64,000 bases of DNA, taken from Candidatus Hadarchaeales archaeon (GTDB taxonomy: Archaea > Hadarchaeota > Hadarchaeia > Hadarchaeales > Hadarchaeaceae). The position numbers and the translations under genes were made by a program. Under the pieces are notes generated by a model that saw nothing but the letters and a program-made list of their open reading frames with translations, was not told the origin of the DNA and ran no database searches. Positions 20,089 through 31,425 of this stretch are shown one piece after another (positions within the stretch are counted from its first letter, which is position 1; every line of letters starts with the position of its first letter). The stretch covers positions 32,001 to 96,000 of the forward strand of contig JAVZGN010000002.1 of NCBI GenBank assembly GCA_038872135.1, given 5' to 3'.

Positions 20089-20249
20089 TGATAAACACCA
20101 GCCTCCGCCTTCATCCTCCTCCTGTATTTCCCATAGGGATCCTGCGGTGAGAATCTTGGTGGGTGGGGCTGTCCTGTGGGGCTCTTGCAGGAGGGACAGA
20201 GTTCTTTGAAGGTGTAGATGTTGCAGGACTTGCACTTCCTCATCTTCAT
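20085..20249 (-). CDS. nop10: H/ACA RNP protein Nop10 (absent from ORF track)
   Basis: [47 protein letters not shown]; conserved position after eIF2-alpha. Confidence 0.93.
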   Translation of the reverse strand: MKMRKCKSCNIYTFKELCPSCKSPTGQPHPPRFSPQDPYGKYRRRMKAEAGVYQ

Positions 20250-21037
20250 TCCTCTCCCCTCACCAGCTCCCCTTTTCCGCCACTTTTCGAGATTTCTTCT
20301 ATTGCTGTCTCCGCAAACCTCTTCAGCTGCGCCTCCCCAACCTTGTAAGAGGGTGCAACAATCTTTATCATGTATCTTGGAGCCCCGAGATATTGGATCT
20401 CCACCTTGACGCTCTCATCGCTCACAGCTTTCTCGGCCATCATCAGAGAAGATTTTATTAATTCAATGCCGTTGGGAGCAAAAGAGGTCAGCGAGAGTGT
20501 GCCGCTCACCATGAACCTTGGCTTTTCCACAGTTGCCGCGGCCTGTTCCTCTATCAGCTTTGCCCACTTCTTACCGACGACCTCCTCGAGGGAGCCTGGC
20601 CTCTGAATTGCGGCCTCAAGAGCAGCATAGAGGTCGCCGAACTTCTCCTGGAGGGGGAATCCAGCCTCGGCATAAGCCTCATCCAAGGTTTTCCCAAGCT
20701 TCTGAGCCACTAGCTCCAGGAGCTTCTCCGCGCGCTGCTCAAGCTTCAGACGCTCCACCTTCCACCTTCTCTCGCTGTCCTTCACCCTCCTGATCGAGAG
20801 ATCAACGCTCCTCCTCTCAGGGTCGGAGAAGAGAACCTTGCAAACCACCTTCTGCCCCTCCTTGATGTGATCGCGGATGTTCTTTATCCACCCAGATGCC
20901 ACCTCTGAGATGTGCACCATCCCCTCCTTTCCCCCATACTCATCCAGGGAAACAAAGGCCCCTTGGGGGAAAATTTTAGTCACGGTGCAGAGAACTAGCT
21001 CTCCGGCTGATGGCCACTCAGCCCTACGCCTTACCAA
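20246..21037 (-). CDS. eif2a: Translation initiation factor 2 alpha subunit
   Basis: S1 domain ([31 protein letters not shown]), LGAPRY. Confidence 0.95.
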   Translation of the reverse strand: MVRRRAEWPSAGELVLCTVTKIFPQGAFVSLDEYGGKEGMVHISEVASGWIKNIRDHIKEGQKVVCKVLFSDPERRSVDLSIRRVKDSERRWKVERLKLEQRAEKLLELVAQKLGKTLDEAYAEAGFPLQEKFGDLYAALEAAIQRPGSLEEVVGKKWAKLIEEQAAATVEKPRFMVSGTLSLTSFAPNGIELIKSSLMMAEKAVSDESVKVEIQYLGAPRYMIKIVAPSYKVGEAQLKRFAETAIEEISKSGGKGELVRGEE

Positions 21038-21212
21038 AAGGCTCAGCCTCCCCGATCACTATCCCCTTCACCTTCGCTTTCCCTCCCGCCGGAACTGCCA
21101 GAGTCTTCTCGCACACCCTACATCTCACGACAGTTGTGGCGTGGCTGAAGATCACCTGCTCATTGCCGCAGCCGGTGCATCTCACCTTGATGAACCTTCC
21201 TCCCAAGGCCAT
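21024..21212 (-). CDS. rps27e: 30S ribosomal protein S27e
   Basis: [19 protein letters not shown]...CRVC...PAGGKAK. Confidence 0.95.
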   Translation of the reverse strand: MALGGRFIKVRCTGCGNEQVIFSHATTVVRCRVCEKTLAVPAGGKAKVKGIVIGEAEPFGKA

Positions 21213-21490
21213 CACTCCTCAAACTTTATCGCCTTGCTCCTGAACCCCTTCCTTGGGTGGGATTTCCCGCAAACAGAGCATTTCAGGAGGAGGGATATTT
21301 TCTTCGCCGTCTTGAAGAATTTTCTCTGCTCCGACCTTGGCTGGCTCCCGTAGCCCCTCATGACCCTCATGAACTGGCGCTGCCCCCAGCTTAGAGGGCT
21401 CGCCGAGCGCTTCTTCACCTGGGAGACGGTGTGCTCGGTGTGCCTTTTGCATGTGGGGCAGTATGTTTTGATTTTTTTCGGGACCTTCAT
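21212..21490 (-). CDS. rpl44e: 50S ribosomal protein L44e
   Basis: [31 protein letters not shown]. Confidence 0.95.
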   Translation of the reverse strand: MKVPKKIKTYCPTCKRHTEHTVSQVKKRSASPLSWGQRQFMRVMRGYGSQPRSEQRKFFKTAKKISLLLKCSVCGKSHPRKGFRSKAIKFEE

Positions 21491-21598
21491 CGATATCACC
21501 CAGACTTCTCAATCCTGGGGATAAAAACTCTTCTTCATCGGAAGCTTTCAAGCTCTGGACTGCCCGCATTCTCCTGAAAATTTATGGAATCTAGTCGC

Positions 21599-22153
21599 TC
21601 AAGTCTTTATCTTTATCCTCTTCAAATACCCGTGCCTTTCGAGGAAGCTCACATTCCACTCAGGCAGATTGACCAGGTCCCCCTTCTTGAATGGCCCGTA
21701 GAATTTGGCATCTGCTCCAGCAATTTTCTCCTGAAGATCTGTTAGGAAGATGGCGGGGGCTCTCGTCTTTGTCGGTGGTGCAGAAAGATCTATTGCTCCG
21801 CTCAGGGCCGGCTCAAGAGTCTTCGCAGTCAGACCCTCCAGGATCTCTCTTATTCCCATGAAGCTCGCCCTTTCCTGCTCAAGAGCTGCTGGAGGAATTT
21901 TGCCCGCTGCGATTTCCTTCAGAGCTTTCGAGACCCTGACCACATGGATTCCCCTGAGGAAAAATGATGCTGCCCTCAGCTCTCTATCCGCAAGCTCCTT
22001 CTGGAGAAGCTCCCCCCTGGCCAGCTCCTGCCTGAGATATGCTATGAGCTTTGCCGCATCCCGGTAGAAATGCTCGGGAAGCTCCGTGAGGTCCTTCGAG
22101 GAGAGCTCCCGGTTGTAAACTTCAATCAAGGTTTCGATTGTTATTTCCGTCAT
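21599..22153 (-). CDS. GINS complex subunit (Gins51/15-like)
   Basis: LTELPEHFY helical A domain, C-terminal YGPFKKGDLVNLP B domain; directly downstream of priS; start ATG 22153. Confidence 0.8.
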   Translation of the reverse strand: MTEITIETLIEVYNRELSSKDLTELPEHFYRDAAKLIAYLRQELARGELLQKELADRELRAASFFLRGIHVVRVSKALKEIAAGKIPPAALEQERASFMGIREILEGLTAKTLEPALSGAIDLSAPPTKTRAPAIFLTDLQEKIAGADAKFYGPFKKGDLVNLPEWNVSFLERHGYLKRIKIKT

Positions 22154-23103
22154 TCTCTCCTCTCCTTCACAAATTTTGGGATGGCGTCCTCGAGCCTGAA
22201 GCTTTCGAGATTCTTCACAACAATGCACTTCATGCTGACTCCTGAGTGGAGGGAAGATGGAAGGCGCAGAATTCTCTTTGTGTCGACAGTGACCTTTCCA
22301 TCTGTGAACTCTGAGTTGAGCCTCGCCAGAGCAGAAAGGAGCTTTGTGATCGTTTCCGCGCCAAGGCCCTTCAGGCTGAAAATCTCATCGGTGTTGCCAC
22401 TTCTGAGACAGTTTATGATGTGCTGCTTTTCCTCCAGGAGCCTAGCAAGAGTTCTCCTGACACCCACCTCCGCCGCCAGCCTCTTCTCATCCATCTTCTC
22501 AAGGGTTCTCGCCGCCCTCTCCCTGAAGACCTTTGAATATCCAAGGAGAAGGGAGAGATTTGACGGGACCACCCCGCCAGCTACATATGTCACAAACTGG
22601 CTCCTCTCCGTGGTCTCAAGATGCATGGCTGCCTCATCCAGAATCCTTATGTGAAAGCCCCTGCCTGAATAGGAGGTCACGATGTTTCTGAATCCCAGGT
22701 CGCCCTTTAAGGTATCGATGAACTCCAGCGCCACATCCCTCGCCTGGTAGATGCATGACTCGCACACCTTTCCCTCGGCGCAGCCGCAGGATTTGACGGG
22801 GAGATCTTTTGCATCTATGTCCAGGGCCAGCTCCGCCTTCAGCCACCCCTCGCGCTTTGTGGGCCTTTCATAGAGGGCGACGCTGGTGTAGGCGGAGTAG
22901 GGGGCCATGTTTTTCAAAAATTCCTCAAGCTGCTCGACCGTCATGAACTGGTTGTATCTGTGGCTGGGGCCGCTCCCGTCAAGGTCAAAACCGAACTCTC
23001 TGAGGGAAAGGGTCTGACGGACGAAATCTGGGAGGTCCCGCTTGTTCCACTCTTCCCTGTAGAAAATCTGCCGCTCATCTCTCGTTGCCTCCCTCATCAG
23101 CAT
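22150..23103 (-). CDS. priS: DNA primase catalytic subunit
   Basis: REFGFD, ELALDIDAKD, YSGRGFH, DGKVTVDTKRILRLPSSLH. Confidence 0.95.
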   Translation of the reverse strand: MLMREATRDERQIFYREEWNKRDLPDFVRQTLSLREFGFDLDGSGPSHRYNQFMTVEQLEEFLKNMAPYSAYTSVALYERPTKREGWLKAELALDIDAKDLPVKSCGCAEGKVCESCIYQARDVALEFIDTLKGDLGFRNIVTSYSGRGFHIRILDEAAMHLETTERSQFVTYVAGGVVPSNLSLLLGYSKVFRERAARTLEKMDEKRLAAEVGVRRTLARLLEEKQHIINCLRSGNTDEIFSLKGLGAETITKLLSALARLNSEFTDGKVTVDTKRILRLPSSLHSGVSMKCIVVKNLESFRLEDAIPKFVKERRE

Positions 23104-23253
23104 GATGTCCCCATCTAAGTTAAGGTGCGAAGGAAAAAAGCATCACTATTTGGGGGGCCACGGTCATCACCACATCATCCTGCAAAGGCAACCGGTCGGG
23201 ACAGGCGACCACCCTCTATTTTAACCCGGTCTGCGACTTTCTTACGGTGGGGC

Positions 23254-24132
23254 ATGAAAATCTCCGAGACAAGCGCAAGGGATGTGGGGCTGGCGATCCC
23301 CCAGCGAAAGCCAGAGGCTCACAAAGGGGACTTTGGGAGGTTGCTTGTGATCGGTGGCAGCCCTAGATATGTGGGCGCCCCAGCCCTAGCGGCTTTAGCT
23401 GCCCTCAGAAGCGGGGTGGACCTCGCGATTGTCGCCGCCCCGGAGAAGGTAGCCTGGATGATAAACTCCTTTTCCCCAGATCTCATCACGGTAAAGTTGC
23501 CCTGCGAGGAGCTGGAGCCCTCAGTCATTCCCTCCTTAAAAGAAGAACTCGCAAAAGCCACAGCTCTTGTCATCGGGCCTGGGCTCTCTGGCTCACAAAA
23601 AGTTTTGTCGGCCGTCCGCGAGATCATCGAGATCCTAAAGGGAGAATTCTCATCGTTGCCCGCGGTCTTCGACGCAGACGCCCTGAAACCATTTGCAGAA
23701 ATTAAACAGCGCCTCGAGATGCCCTGGATTTTAACCCCTCACGCAGGAGAGTTTAGGTTGCTCACCGGTGAAGAACTCCCTGGCTCCACTCAGGAAAGGG
23801 CAGAAGCTGTTGCCGCCCTCTCTCAGAGGATGGGAGTTACCGTTCTCTTGAAGGGCCATGCGGACATCATTGTATCTCCAGATGGGAGGGTAAAAATAAA
23901 CAGGACTGGGAATCCGGGGATGACCGTCGGTGGTACCGGGGATGTCCTTGCGGGGGTGGTTGGGGCCTTCCTCGCCCAGAAGAACCTTCCATTTGCCGCG
24001 GCTGCCGCCGGGGCGTGGGCCTGCGGAAGGGCGGGCGACCTCTGCCTCAAAGAAATCGGATATGAGTTCACAGCCTCAGATGTAATAAATATGCTCCCGT
24101 ATGTCTTTAGAGAGATTAGGAGGCGGAGATGA
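23254..24132 (+). CDS. nnrD: ADP-dependent NAD(P)HX dehydratase (stand-alone YjeF-C)
   Basis: [39 protein letters not shown]; likely start ATG 23254. Confidence 0.92.
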   Translation: MKISETSARDVGLAIPQRKPEAHKGDFGRLLVIGGSPRYVGAPALAALAALRSGVDLAIVAAPEKVAWMINSFSPDLITVKLPCEELEPSVIPSLKEELAKATALVIGPGLSGSQKVLSAVREIIEILKGEFSSLPAVFDADALKPFAEIKQRLEMPWILTPHAGEFRLLTGEELPGSTQERAEAVAALSQRMGVTVLLKGHADIIVSPDGRVKINRTGNPGMTVGGTGDVLAGVVGAFLAQKNLPFAAAAAGAWACGRAGDLCLKEIGYEFTASDVINMLPYVFREIRRRR

Positions 24133-24278
24133 TGGCTAGGTTTGAGGTGGCCGAAAAGAGGCTCTTCAATGTGCTGATATGCATGAAGTGCAATGCCAGA
24201 AATCCCATCAAGGCTACAAAATGCCGGAAGTGTGGATACAAGGGGCTCAGGCCAAAATCGAAGGAGCCGAAGGGATAA
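24132..24278 (+). CDS. rpl40e: 50S ribosomal protein L40e (absent from ORF track)
   Basis: [48 protein letters not shown]. Confidence 0.95.
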   Translation: MARFEVAEKRLFNVLICMKCNARNPIKATKCRKCGYKGLRPKSKEPKG

Positions 24279-24282
24279 ACCC

Positions 24283-25050
24283 ATGACTGAGAAACCTGTT
24301 GAAAAACACCTGAAAGATGTTATCAAAAGGGATGGAGTGGCTCACCTCACGCTGATAGACCCTGCAAAGCAGAAGCCCGAGGTGGCCGGGGAGATGGCCA
24401 GAGATGCTGAGATAGCCGGCACAAATGGAATAATGGTCGGGGGATCCACGAAAGCTACAGGGAAGATCCTCGACGAAACTGTCCTAGCAATCAAGCGCAG
24501 GAGCAGCCTGCCGGTCATCCTCTTCCCAGCCAGCGAAGGGGGAATAACTCACTATGCTGATGCAATCTTTTTCATGAGCCTCCTGAACTCCCGAGATCCC
24601 TATTTCATCACAGGGGCGCAGATGAGGGGAGCACCTCTGGTGAAGAAGTTTGGGCTGGAGCCGATTCCGATGGCCTACATTCTGATTGAGCCTGGGGGAA
24701 CTGCCGGGAAAGTTGGGAAGGCTGAGCTAATTCCCCGCGACTCCCCCGAAACCGCTGCTGCCTATGCTCTCGCCGCCCAGTATCTTGGAATGAGCTTTGT
24801 CTATCTTGAAGCCGGGTCGGGGGCGGAGGAACCGGTCCCAGTCGAGATGGTCAGGGCTGTGAAGAAGGAGATAGAAATCCCGCTGATAGTTGGAGGGGGG
24901 ATAAGAGAGCCTGAGGCCGCGGAAGAGATAGTGAAAGCTGGAGCAGACATCATAGTTACTGGGACTGTTGTTGAAAAGGCGACGGACAGGGCCACAGAGC
25001 TGAAGAGGATCATAGACGCTGCAAAGAAGGTCGGAAGGAAGCCTACTTGA
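24283..25050 (+). CDS. Geranylgeranylglyceryl phosphate synthase
   Basis: HLTLIDP, MVGGS, FMSLLNS, YLEAGSGA, VGGGIR, GADIIVTG; start ATG 24283. Confidence 0.93.
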   Translation: MTEKPVEKHLKDVIKRDGVAHLTLIDPAKQKPEVAGEMARDAEIAGTNGIMVGGSTKATGKILDETVLAIKRRSSLPVILFPASEGGITHYADAIFFMSLLNSRDPYFITGAQMRGAPLVKKFGLEPIPMAYILIEPGGTAGKVGKAELIPRDSPETAAAYALAAQYLGMSFVYLEAGSGAEEPVPVEMVRAVKKEIEIPLIVGGGIREPEAAEEIVKAGADIIVTGTVVEKATDRATELKRIIDAAKKVGRKPT

Positions 25051-25267
25051 TGAGCCCCCTGTGCTTTGCGCAGGAGATGCAGGCGTAAGCCTTCTGGTAG
25101 GGGAGAAAAACCCTTCTCCTGTCGATGCCCGGGATATTTTTCAAATCTATTCCAGGGCCCCGTCTCACCTCAACTGCCTTCACCCTCGGGGTGAGGCGCC
25201 CGCAGTAGACACATGAGACCGGTTGGCTCCTTCCACCCACCTTGTAAAGTCCCCATTTCTTTCCCAT
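25043..25267 (-). CDS. rps26e: Ribosomal protein S26e-like protein
   Basis: GRSQPVSCVYCGRLTPRVKAV and YACISCAKHRGLIK match the two Zn-binding halves of eS26. Confidence 0.75.
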   Translation of the reverse strand: MGKKWGLYKVGGRSQPVSCVYCGRLTPRVKAVEVRRGPGIDLKNIPGIDRRRVFLPYQKAYACISCAKHRGLIK

Positions 25268-25436
25268 GACTATCGCTACCTCTCTTCTTTTGCCGCTATA
25301 ACTGTTGTGCTTTGAGAAGAATCATCAGCTATTATAACCCTGAGAGTTTCACAGACTCCATTCTGAAAAAAGCCTGAAATTTAGTGATGCACAAAGATGT
25401 TATAGAGCCGCAGACAAAGGTTCATCTGGGAAATCA

Positions 25437-27533
25437 ATGCAGGGGTCTCCAGACATCCTCAGCAATCCCCTCCTCAGAAAAGAGCTACTGGAGAAAAGGG
25501 AGTACCAGGTGAATGTCGCGAGAGAGGCCATAAGAAAAAACACCCTCGTGGTTCTCCCGACTGCCCTGGGAAAAACCATCATCGCTGTTTTAACCGCCGC
25601 CCACTTCCTCTACAACTACAGAAAAATGAAGGTCCTAGTAATGGCCCCAACAAAACCTCTAGTCCTCCAGCACAGAAACACCTTCCTGAGACTCCTCAAG
25701 CTTAGATCAGAAGATGTTGAGGTCCTCACTGGAAAATCTCCCCCGGCCTACAGGCTCAAGGCGTGGGAGGGGAACGCAAAGGTCTACTTCGCCACTCCCC
25801 AGGTTGTGAACAACGATCATGAAAAAGGGCTGAGACTCGACAAATTCAGCCTCCTCGTCTTCGACGAGTGCCACAGGGCCAGGAAAAACTACGCCTACAC
25901 CAAAGTCGCTCAGGCCTACGTCTCTGAATCTCCCCATCCGATGATCCTTGCCATGACTGCGAGTCCTGGAGCCGAAAGGAAAAAGATAGAAGAGCTCTGC
26001 AGGGCCCTTTTCATCGAGCATGTAGAGATGAGAAGCGAGGAGGATCCCGATGTTCAGCCCTATGTTGGGAAGATCGGGCTGGAGTGGAAGATTCTCCCCT
26101 TCCCCCAATCCTACCGGGAAATCCACCAAAAAATCAAGGAAATGCTCGAGAATAGGCTGACCTCCCTCTCCTCCATGGGGGTGATAAAAAAGCATCCAAA
26201 ATTCATCTTCAGAAATGATCTGCTGGAGGCCGGGGAGAAACTCAGAGAAATGCTCGCCTCAGCGCACGGTCCTGAGAGGGGCAAAATCTTTGGAGCAATC
26301 TTGCTGCAGTCTTCGGCCATGACCCTCTACCATGCTCTCGAACTCCTGGAGAGCCAAGGGCTTCACACCTTCGCCAGCTTTCTGGAAAAGCTGAGGAAAA
26401 GCGGGAAGAGAAGCCACCGCTCGATTGTGAATGAGATGGAGAGGGCCGGGATCTTTCAGAAACTTGAGGAAAAGGAGGAGCACCCGAAAATAAAAATCCT
26501 GGAGTCGGAGGTCAGGCAGCAACTCCTCGCCAACCCCTCCTCAAAAGTCATTGTCTTCACCCAGTACCGGGACACCTCCTCCTGGATCGTGGAGAGGCTC
26601 AGAAAGCTGGGGATATGGGCGGAGAGATTCGTGGGGCAGGCCGACAGGGAGGAGGAAAGGGGAATGAGCCAGGATGAGCAGGCGAGGCTCTTGGAGAAGT
26701 TCAGAGAAGGCAAGGTGAGGGTCTTGGTGGCCACCAGCATTGCCGAGGAAGGCCTTGACATCCCAAATGTTGACCTTGTGGTCTTCTATGAGCCTGTCCC
26801 AAGCGAGATAAGATACATCCAGAGGAAGGGGAGGACGGGAAGGGGGAAGTTTGGAAGGGTTGTGATCCTCGCGACCGAGAATTCCCTAGACACCACCTAC
26901 CTGAGGAGCAGCAGGAAAAAGGTGGAGAGAATGAGAAGAATGATCAAACGGCTGAACATGGAGCTTTCGCCGATCATGAGGTTTGGGCCCCAGCCCCCTC
27001 TAGATCCAATGACACCGGATGAAATTGCGGAGGCCGAAAAACTAGCACCGCCCGAGGAGATGGGAAGGGAGGATTTCGAGGAGTTGGAGGATCTGAAGCT
27101 CAAAGAGTTCAACCGGGAGGTGAACAGGGCAGCGAGGAAGCTCCTCACCACCGTGCTGAAGAGCGGGCGTGAAGGAGTCCAGGTGGAGGAGCTTGAAAAG
27201 GAGATGCCGCCTGCGATCGTGAGGGAGGCAACGGGAAGGCTTCTTTCTAGCAACCTGGTGGAAGAAATCGATGGGAAAATCCTGCCGGCTGGAATCGGGG
27301 GAGAGAAATGGCCGGAGAGCAAGCTCCACACCTTTGAGGTGGAGAAGATTCTTCCCGGGATGGCAATTCTTCTCGTCGACGAGAAGTGGAGGGCGATTCT
27401 CACCCCCGATAGTTATGAGGGGCCAAGAGATCTTCTGAAAAAAGGCATAAGGTTCAGGGCTGCCGCTGACCTTTATAAAAGAGAGGGGCGGCTGCATGCC
27501 AGGGTCTGGGGAATCGAGTCTGTGCTCAGCTAG
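25437..27533 (+). CDS. Hef/FANCM-like SF2 helicase lacking the ERCC4 nuclease domain
   Basis: REYQ, PTALGKT, APTKPLV, DECHRA, TASPG, TSIAEEGLDIP, YIQRKGRTGR. Confidence 0.9.
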   Translation: MQGSPDILSNPLLRKELLEKREYQVNVAREAIRKNTLVVLPTALGKTIIAVLTAAHFLYNYRKMKVLVMAPTKPLVLQHRNTFLRLLKLRSEDVEVLTGKSPPAYRLKAWEGNAKVYFATPQVVNNDHEKGLRLDKFSLLVFDECHRARKNYAYTKVAQAYVSESPHPMILAMTASPGAERKKIEELCRALFIEHVEMRSEEDPDVQPYVGKIGLEWKILPFPQSYREIHQKIKEMLENRLTSLSSMGVIKKHPKFIFRNDLLEAGEKLREMLASAHGPERGKIFGAILLQSSAMTLYHALELLESQGLHTFASFLEKLRKSGKRSHRSIVNEMERAGIFQKLEEKEEHPKIKILESEVRQQLLANPSSKVIVFTQYRDTSSWIVERLRKLGIWAERFVGQADREEERGMSQDEQARLLEKFREGKVRVLVATSIAEEGLDIPNVDLVVFYEPVPSEIRYIQRKGRTGRGKFGRVVILATENSLDTTYLRSSRKKVERMRRMIKRLNMELSPIMRFGPQPPLDPMTPDEIAEAEKLAPPEEMGREDFEELEDLKLKEFNREVNRAARKLLTTVLKSGREGVQVEELEKEMPPAIVREATGRLLSSNLVEEIDGKILPAGIGGEKWPESKLHTFEVEKILPGMAILLVDEKWRAILTPDSYEGPRDLLKKGIRFRAAADLYKREGRLHARVWGIESVLS

Positions 27534-27573
27534 CGGGAGATTCAAAGAATATCATTTTCTCCCAAAGAAGGTT

Positions 27574-28398
27574 TTGCTCCTGACCCAAGCTGTGGCCGAA
27601 AAAATAATTGAGGCGAATGCAAGGGGTGACAAAAGCGTCTACATTACTCTCGATCTTGGAAGATCCATCTCAAAAGTCTTTTTGCGGGAAGGGCGCGTGG
27701 AGCTTGAGGGTATCTCCCTGCCAATGAAGGAGCTTGAGAGAATAAAAGAGAAGGACATTTATCAGGTGGGTTCAGAGGGAATCAAAAAAGTTGCATTTTT
27801 CGCAGGTGGAAATTACTACCGGCTAGTGAATGTCTACCAAAACTGCGCCCCAACCCTGGAGATAAACGGCATCCACATGCACAGGATAAAAAACATCACC
27901 CCATGGGACGATGCCAGCGAAAAGGTGAAGTTGGCGAAAATTTTCCCGGGAGCAAAAGTCCTGGACATCTGCACCGGGCTTGGATACACAGCCATCCTGT
28001 CTCTCAAGCGCGGGGCTTCCGTCGTAACTGTGGAGAAGGATGAAAATGTTCTGAGGATGGCGGAGATAAACCCGTGGTCAAAAGAGCTTGAAAGCCCAAA
28101 GGTGAAGATGATTCTGGGGGATGCCACAGAAGTGATCCATGAATTTGAGAAATCTTCTTTCGACAGAATAATTCATGATCCACCCAGATTGGCGATGGCT
28201 GGGGAGCTCTACAGCGGGGATTTCTACTCATCTCTTTTTGAAGTTCTCAAGCCAGGCGGAACCCTCTTTCACTATACCGGAGAGCCGGGAAAAATGCGGA
28301 GAAAGGATGTTCCCCGAGGCGTTTGCGAGAGATTGAAAGCGAGCGGTTTTGAGATCCTGAGAAAGACCGCCACGGGTGTGGTGGCCAGGAAACCATAG
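27574..28398 (+). CDS. Archaeal SAM-dependent methyltransferase (COG2521-like)
   Basis: PTLEINGIHMHR, VLDICTGLGYTA, IIHDPPR, GELYS; start uncertain (27496 or TTG 27574). Confidence 0.8.
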   Translation: MLLTQAVAEKIIEANARGDKSVYITLDLGRSISKVFLREGRVELEGISLPMKELERIKEKDIYQVGSEGIKKVAFFAGGNYYRLVNVYQNCAPTLEINGIHMHRIKNITPWDDASEKVKLAKIFPGAKVLDICTGLGYTAILSLKRGASVVTVEKDENVLRMAEINPWSKELESPKVKMILGDATEVIHEFEKSSFDRIIHDPPRLAMAGELYSGDFYSSLFEVLKPGGTLFHYTGEPGKMRRKDVPRGVCERLKASGFEILRKTATGVVARKP

Positions 28399-28400
28399 AC

Positions 28401-28435
28401 AGTTCCAATTTTAAGACGAGTTCCATTTTTGGAAA
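28401..28435 (+). promoter_or_regulatory. Candidate tandem operator upstream of the rib operon
   Basis: AGTTCCAATTTTAAGAC (28401-28417) and AGTTCCATTTTTGGAAA (28419-28435), 18-bp period, adjacent to TATA-like CTTAAAAG. Confidence 0.5.
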
Positions 28436-28474
28436 AGCTTAAAAGCTGGACAAATCACGTGAAAGGGGAGAGCT

Positions 28475-29112
28475 GTGAAAACTGAAAGATTGCTCTTGGC
28501 TCTAGCAAAGCTTGGAGGATGCAGGAGAGAGGTAAAGGTTTCGCTGAGCCTGCTAGCAAAGGAGCTTGGAACATCAAAGCAGACGGTGGGGAGAGAGCTG
28601 GAAAAACTCCAAAAAGATGGGCTGATTGCAAGAAGTTATTCCCCTGACGGACAGAAGATAAAGGTAACGGAAACTGGGACTGCGAAGCTGAAAAATCTCT
28701 ACCGCCAGCTCCAGGAAATTTTTGAAAAGCAGGCCCCCCTGAAATTTGTGGGGGAAGTTGTCAGCGGGCTTGGAGAGGGCGCCTACTACATGCGGCAGCC
28801 GGGCTACACTAGGCAGATAGAAGAGGCACTGGGTTTTGTCCCCTATCCAGGAACCCTCGACATCAGGCTCGGTGAGGAGGCGGTGAGGGAGATAAAGGAA
28901 CTTCCAAGCATCGAGATCTCCGGCTTCACAACCAGAGAGAGGTCTTTTGGAGGGGTGAAGCTGTACCCGGCGAAAATAGGGGGGATTAAAGGGGCAATCG
29001 TCTATCCCCTCAGAAGCCACCACCGAGACATCGCCGAATTCATAGCCCCGAAAAACCTTAGACGAAGCCTCAAGCTGAAGGACGGCGACACCGTGGAGGT
29101 TGAGGTGATGGG

Positions 29113-29116
<4 letters not shown>
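28475..29116 (+). CDS. ribK: CTP-dependent riboflavin kinase with N-terminal HTH (RbkR-type)
   Basis: N-terminal wHTH (SKQTVGREL), GEVVSGLGEGAYY, PYPGTLD, LKDGD. Confidence 0.92.
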
Positions 29117-30257
<1,141 letters not shown>

Positions 30258-30261
30258 GAAA

Positions 30262-30675
30262 TTGGTGAAGTTGGGAATAGTCGTCAGTGAGTTCAACGCA
30301 GAGGTAACGCTGCCAATGCTGGAGTTTGCAAAGAACCATGCAGAATTCCTCGGCGCCCAGATCTCAACGACCATGATGGTTCCAGGGGTCTTTGAGATTC
30401 CGCTGGCCGTGAAGAAGATCGCCCAGCGCCAGGATGTGGATGCCGTGGTGACCCTTGGAGCAGTGATCGAGGGGGGAACCGAGCATGACGAAATAGTGAT
30501 GCAGCATGCGGTCAGAAAACTCCTGGATGTTTCGCTGGAGACCGGGAAGCCTGTTGGTCTAGGGATCTCTGGGCCGGGGATGACGAGAATCCAGGCGCTC
30601 GAGAGGGTCAACGACTATGCACGGAGAGCCGTTGAGGCAGCGGTGAAGATGGCGAGAAAACTGGAGAAGGTGTAG
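30262..30675 (+). CDS. ribH: Lumazine synthase
   Basis: VSEFN, VPGVFEIP, GAVIEGGTEHD, KPVGLGISGPG. Confidence 0.95.
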   Translation: MVKLGIVVSEFNAEVTLPMLEFAKNHAEFLGAQISTTMMVPGVFEIPLAVKKIAQRQDVDAVVTLGAVIEGGTEHDEIVMQHAVRKLLDVSLETGKPVGLGISGPGMTRIQALERVNDYARRAVEAAVKMARKLEKV

Positions 30676-30763
30676 AGCACAGAGGGGGCTGAAATCGGCG
30701 GAAGAAGGTAAATAGAGACACCACAGTTATTAATCTCGGCACTAAAGGAAGAAATGTGATCAA

Positions 30764-31411
30764 GTGCTCCCGGAAGAAATAGGAGTTATCGCAATGGGCT
30801 CCCACAAGGAAAGGCATGGCGCGGCTCTCCCCCAGGACATTGATGCAAAACTCGCATCCTATGTTGCTCAGGAGGCTGCAAGGAAAACGGGGGCAAAATT
30901 CCTCGGCGTCATTTACTCTTCCTATGAGCTTCCGGGAATAGACACCGGGGAGCACCATCCGATGGAGGTGGTGCTGGAGGAGTTGAGCAGTGCCCTCTGG
31001 GATGCCAAGCAGATTTTGGGGATAAAAGCGGCGGTGATAGTCAACGGTCATGGAGGGAACAACCCAATCAAGGAAAAGCTTCCGGCCATTGAAAAGAAGC
31101 TGGGGATAAAGCTTGTCTTCAACAGCACCCTTGTGGAGCTGGAAGGCCCCCACGCAGCTACAGGAGAATTGAGCATGGGGCTCGCCATCGGCGTGACCAA
31201 CACCTCAAAATTACCCGAACACACAAACTTCTCCCTATACCCTGAAGTTGGTTTTGTTGGGCTGGAGGAAGCAAAAAGGAAATATCGCTGGGCAGAAGAG
31301 CAGGCGAGAGAAGTTCAAAAATTTGGAATAAAGGTAAGCCACTTTGTCGGAGAGAAGCTCCTCCAATGCGCGGTGGCCGATGTCATCAACGATATAAAGG
31401 AAATCTCGTAA
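30764..31411 (+). CDS. arfB: Creatininase-family FAPy deformylase
   Basis: GSHKERHGAALPQDID, NGHGGN, HAATGELS; adjacent to the rib operon. Confidence 0.8.
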   Translation: MLPEEIGVIAMGSHKERHGAALPQDIDAKLASYVAQEAARKTGAKFLGVIYSSYELPGIDTGEHHPMEVVLEELSSALWDAKQILGIKAAVIVNGHGGNNPIKEKLPAIEKKLGIKLVFNSTLVELEGPHAATGELSMGLAIGVTNTSKLPEHTNFSLYPEVGFVGLEEAKRKYRWAEEQAREVQKFGIKVSHFVGEKLLQCAVADVINDIKEIS

Positions 31412-31425
31412 GCAATTCTTTGGCG

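Noticed and set aside
21500-21545. C/D box sRNA upstream of rpl44e
   Set aside because: GATGAAGA is present but there is no proper D box; TTTTTATC is better explained as the rpl44e TATA box
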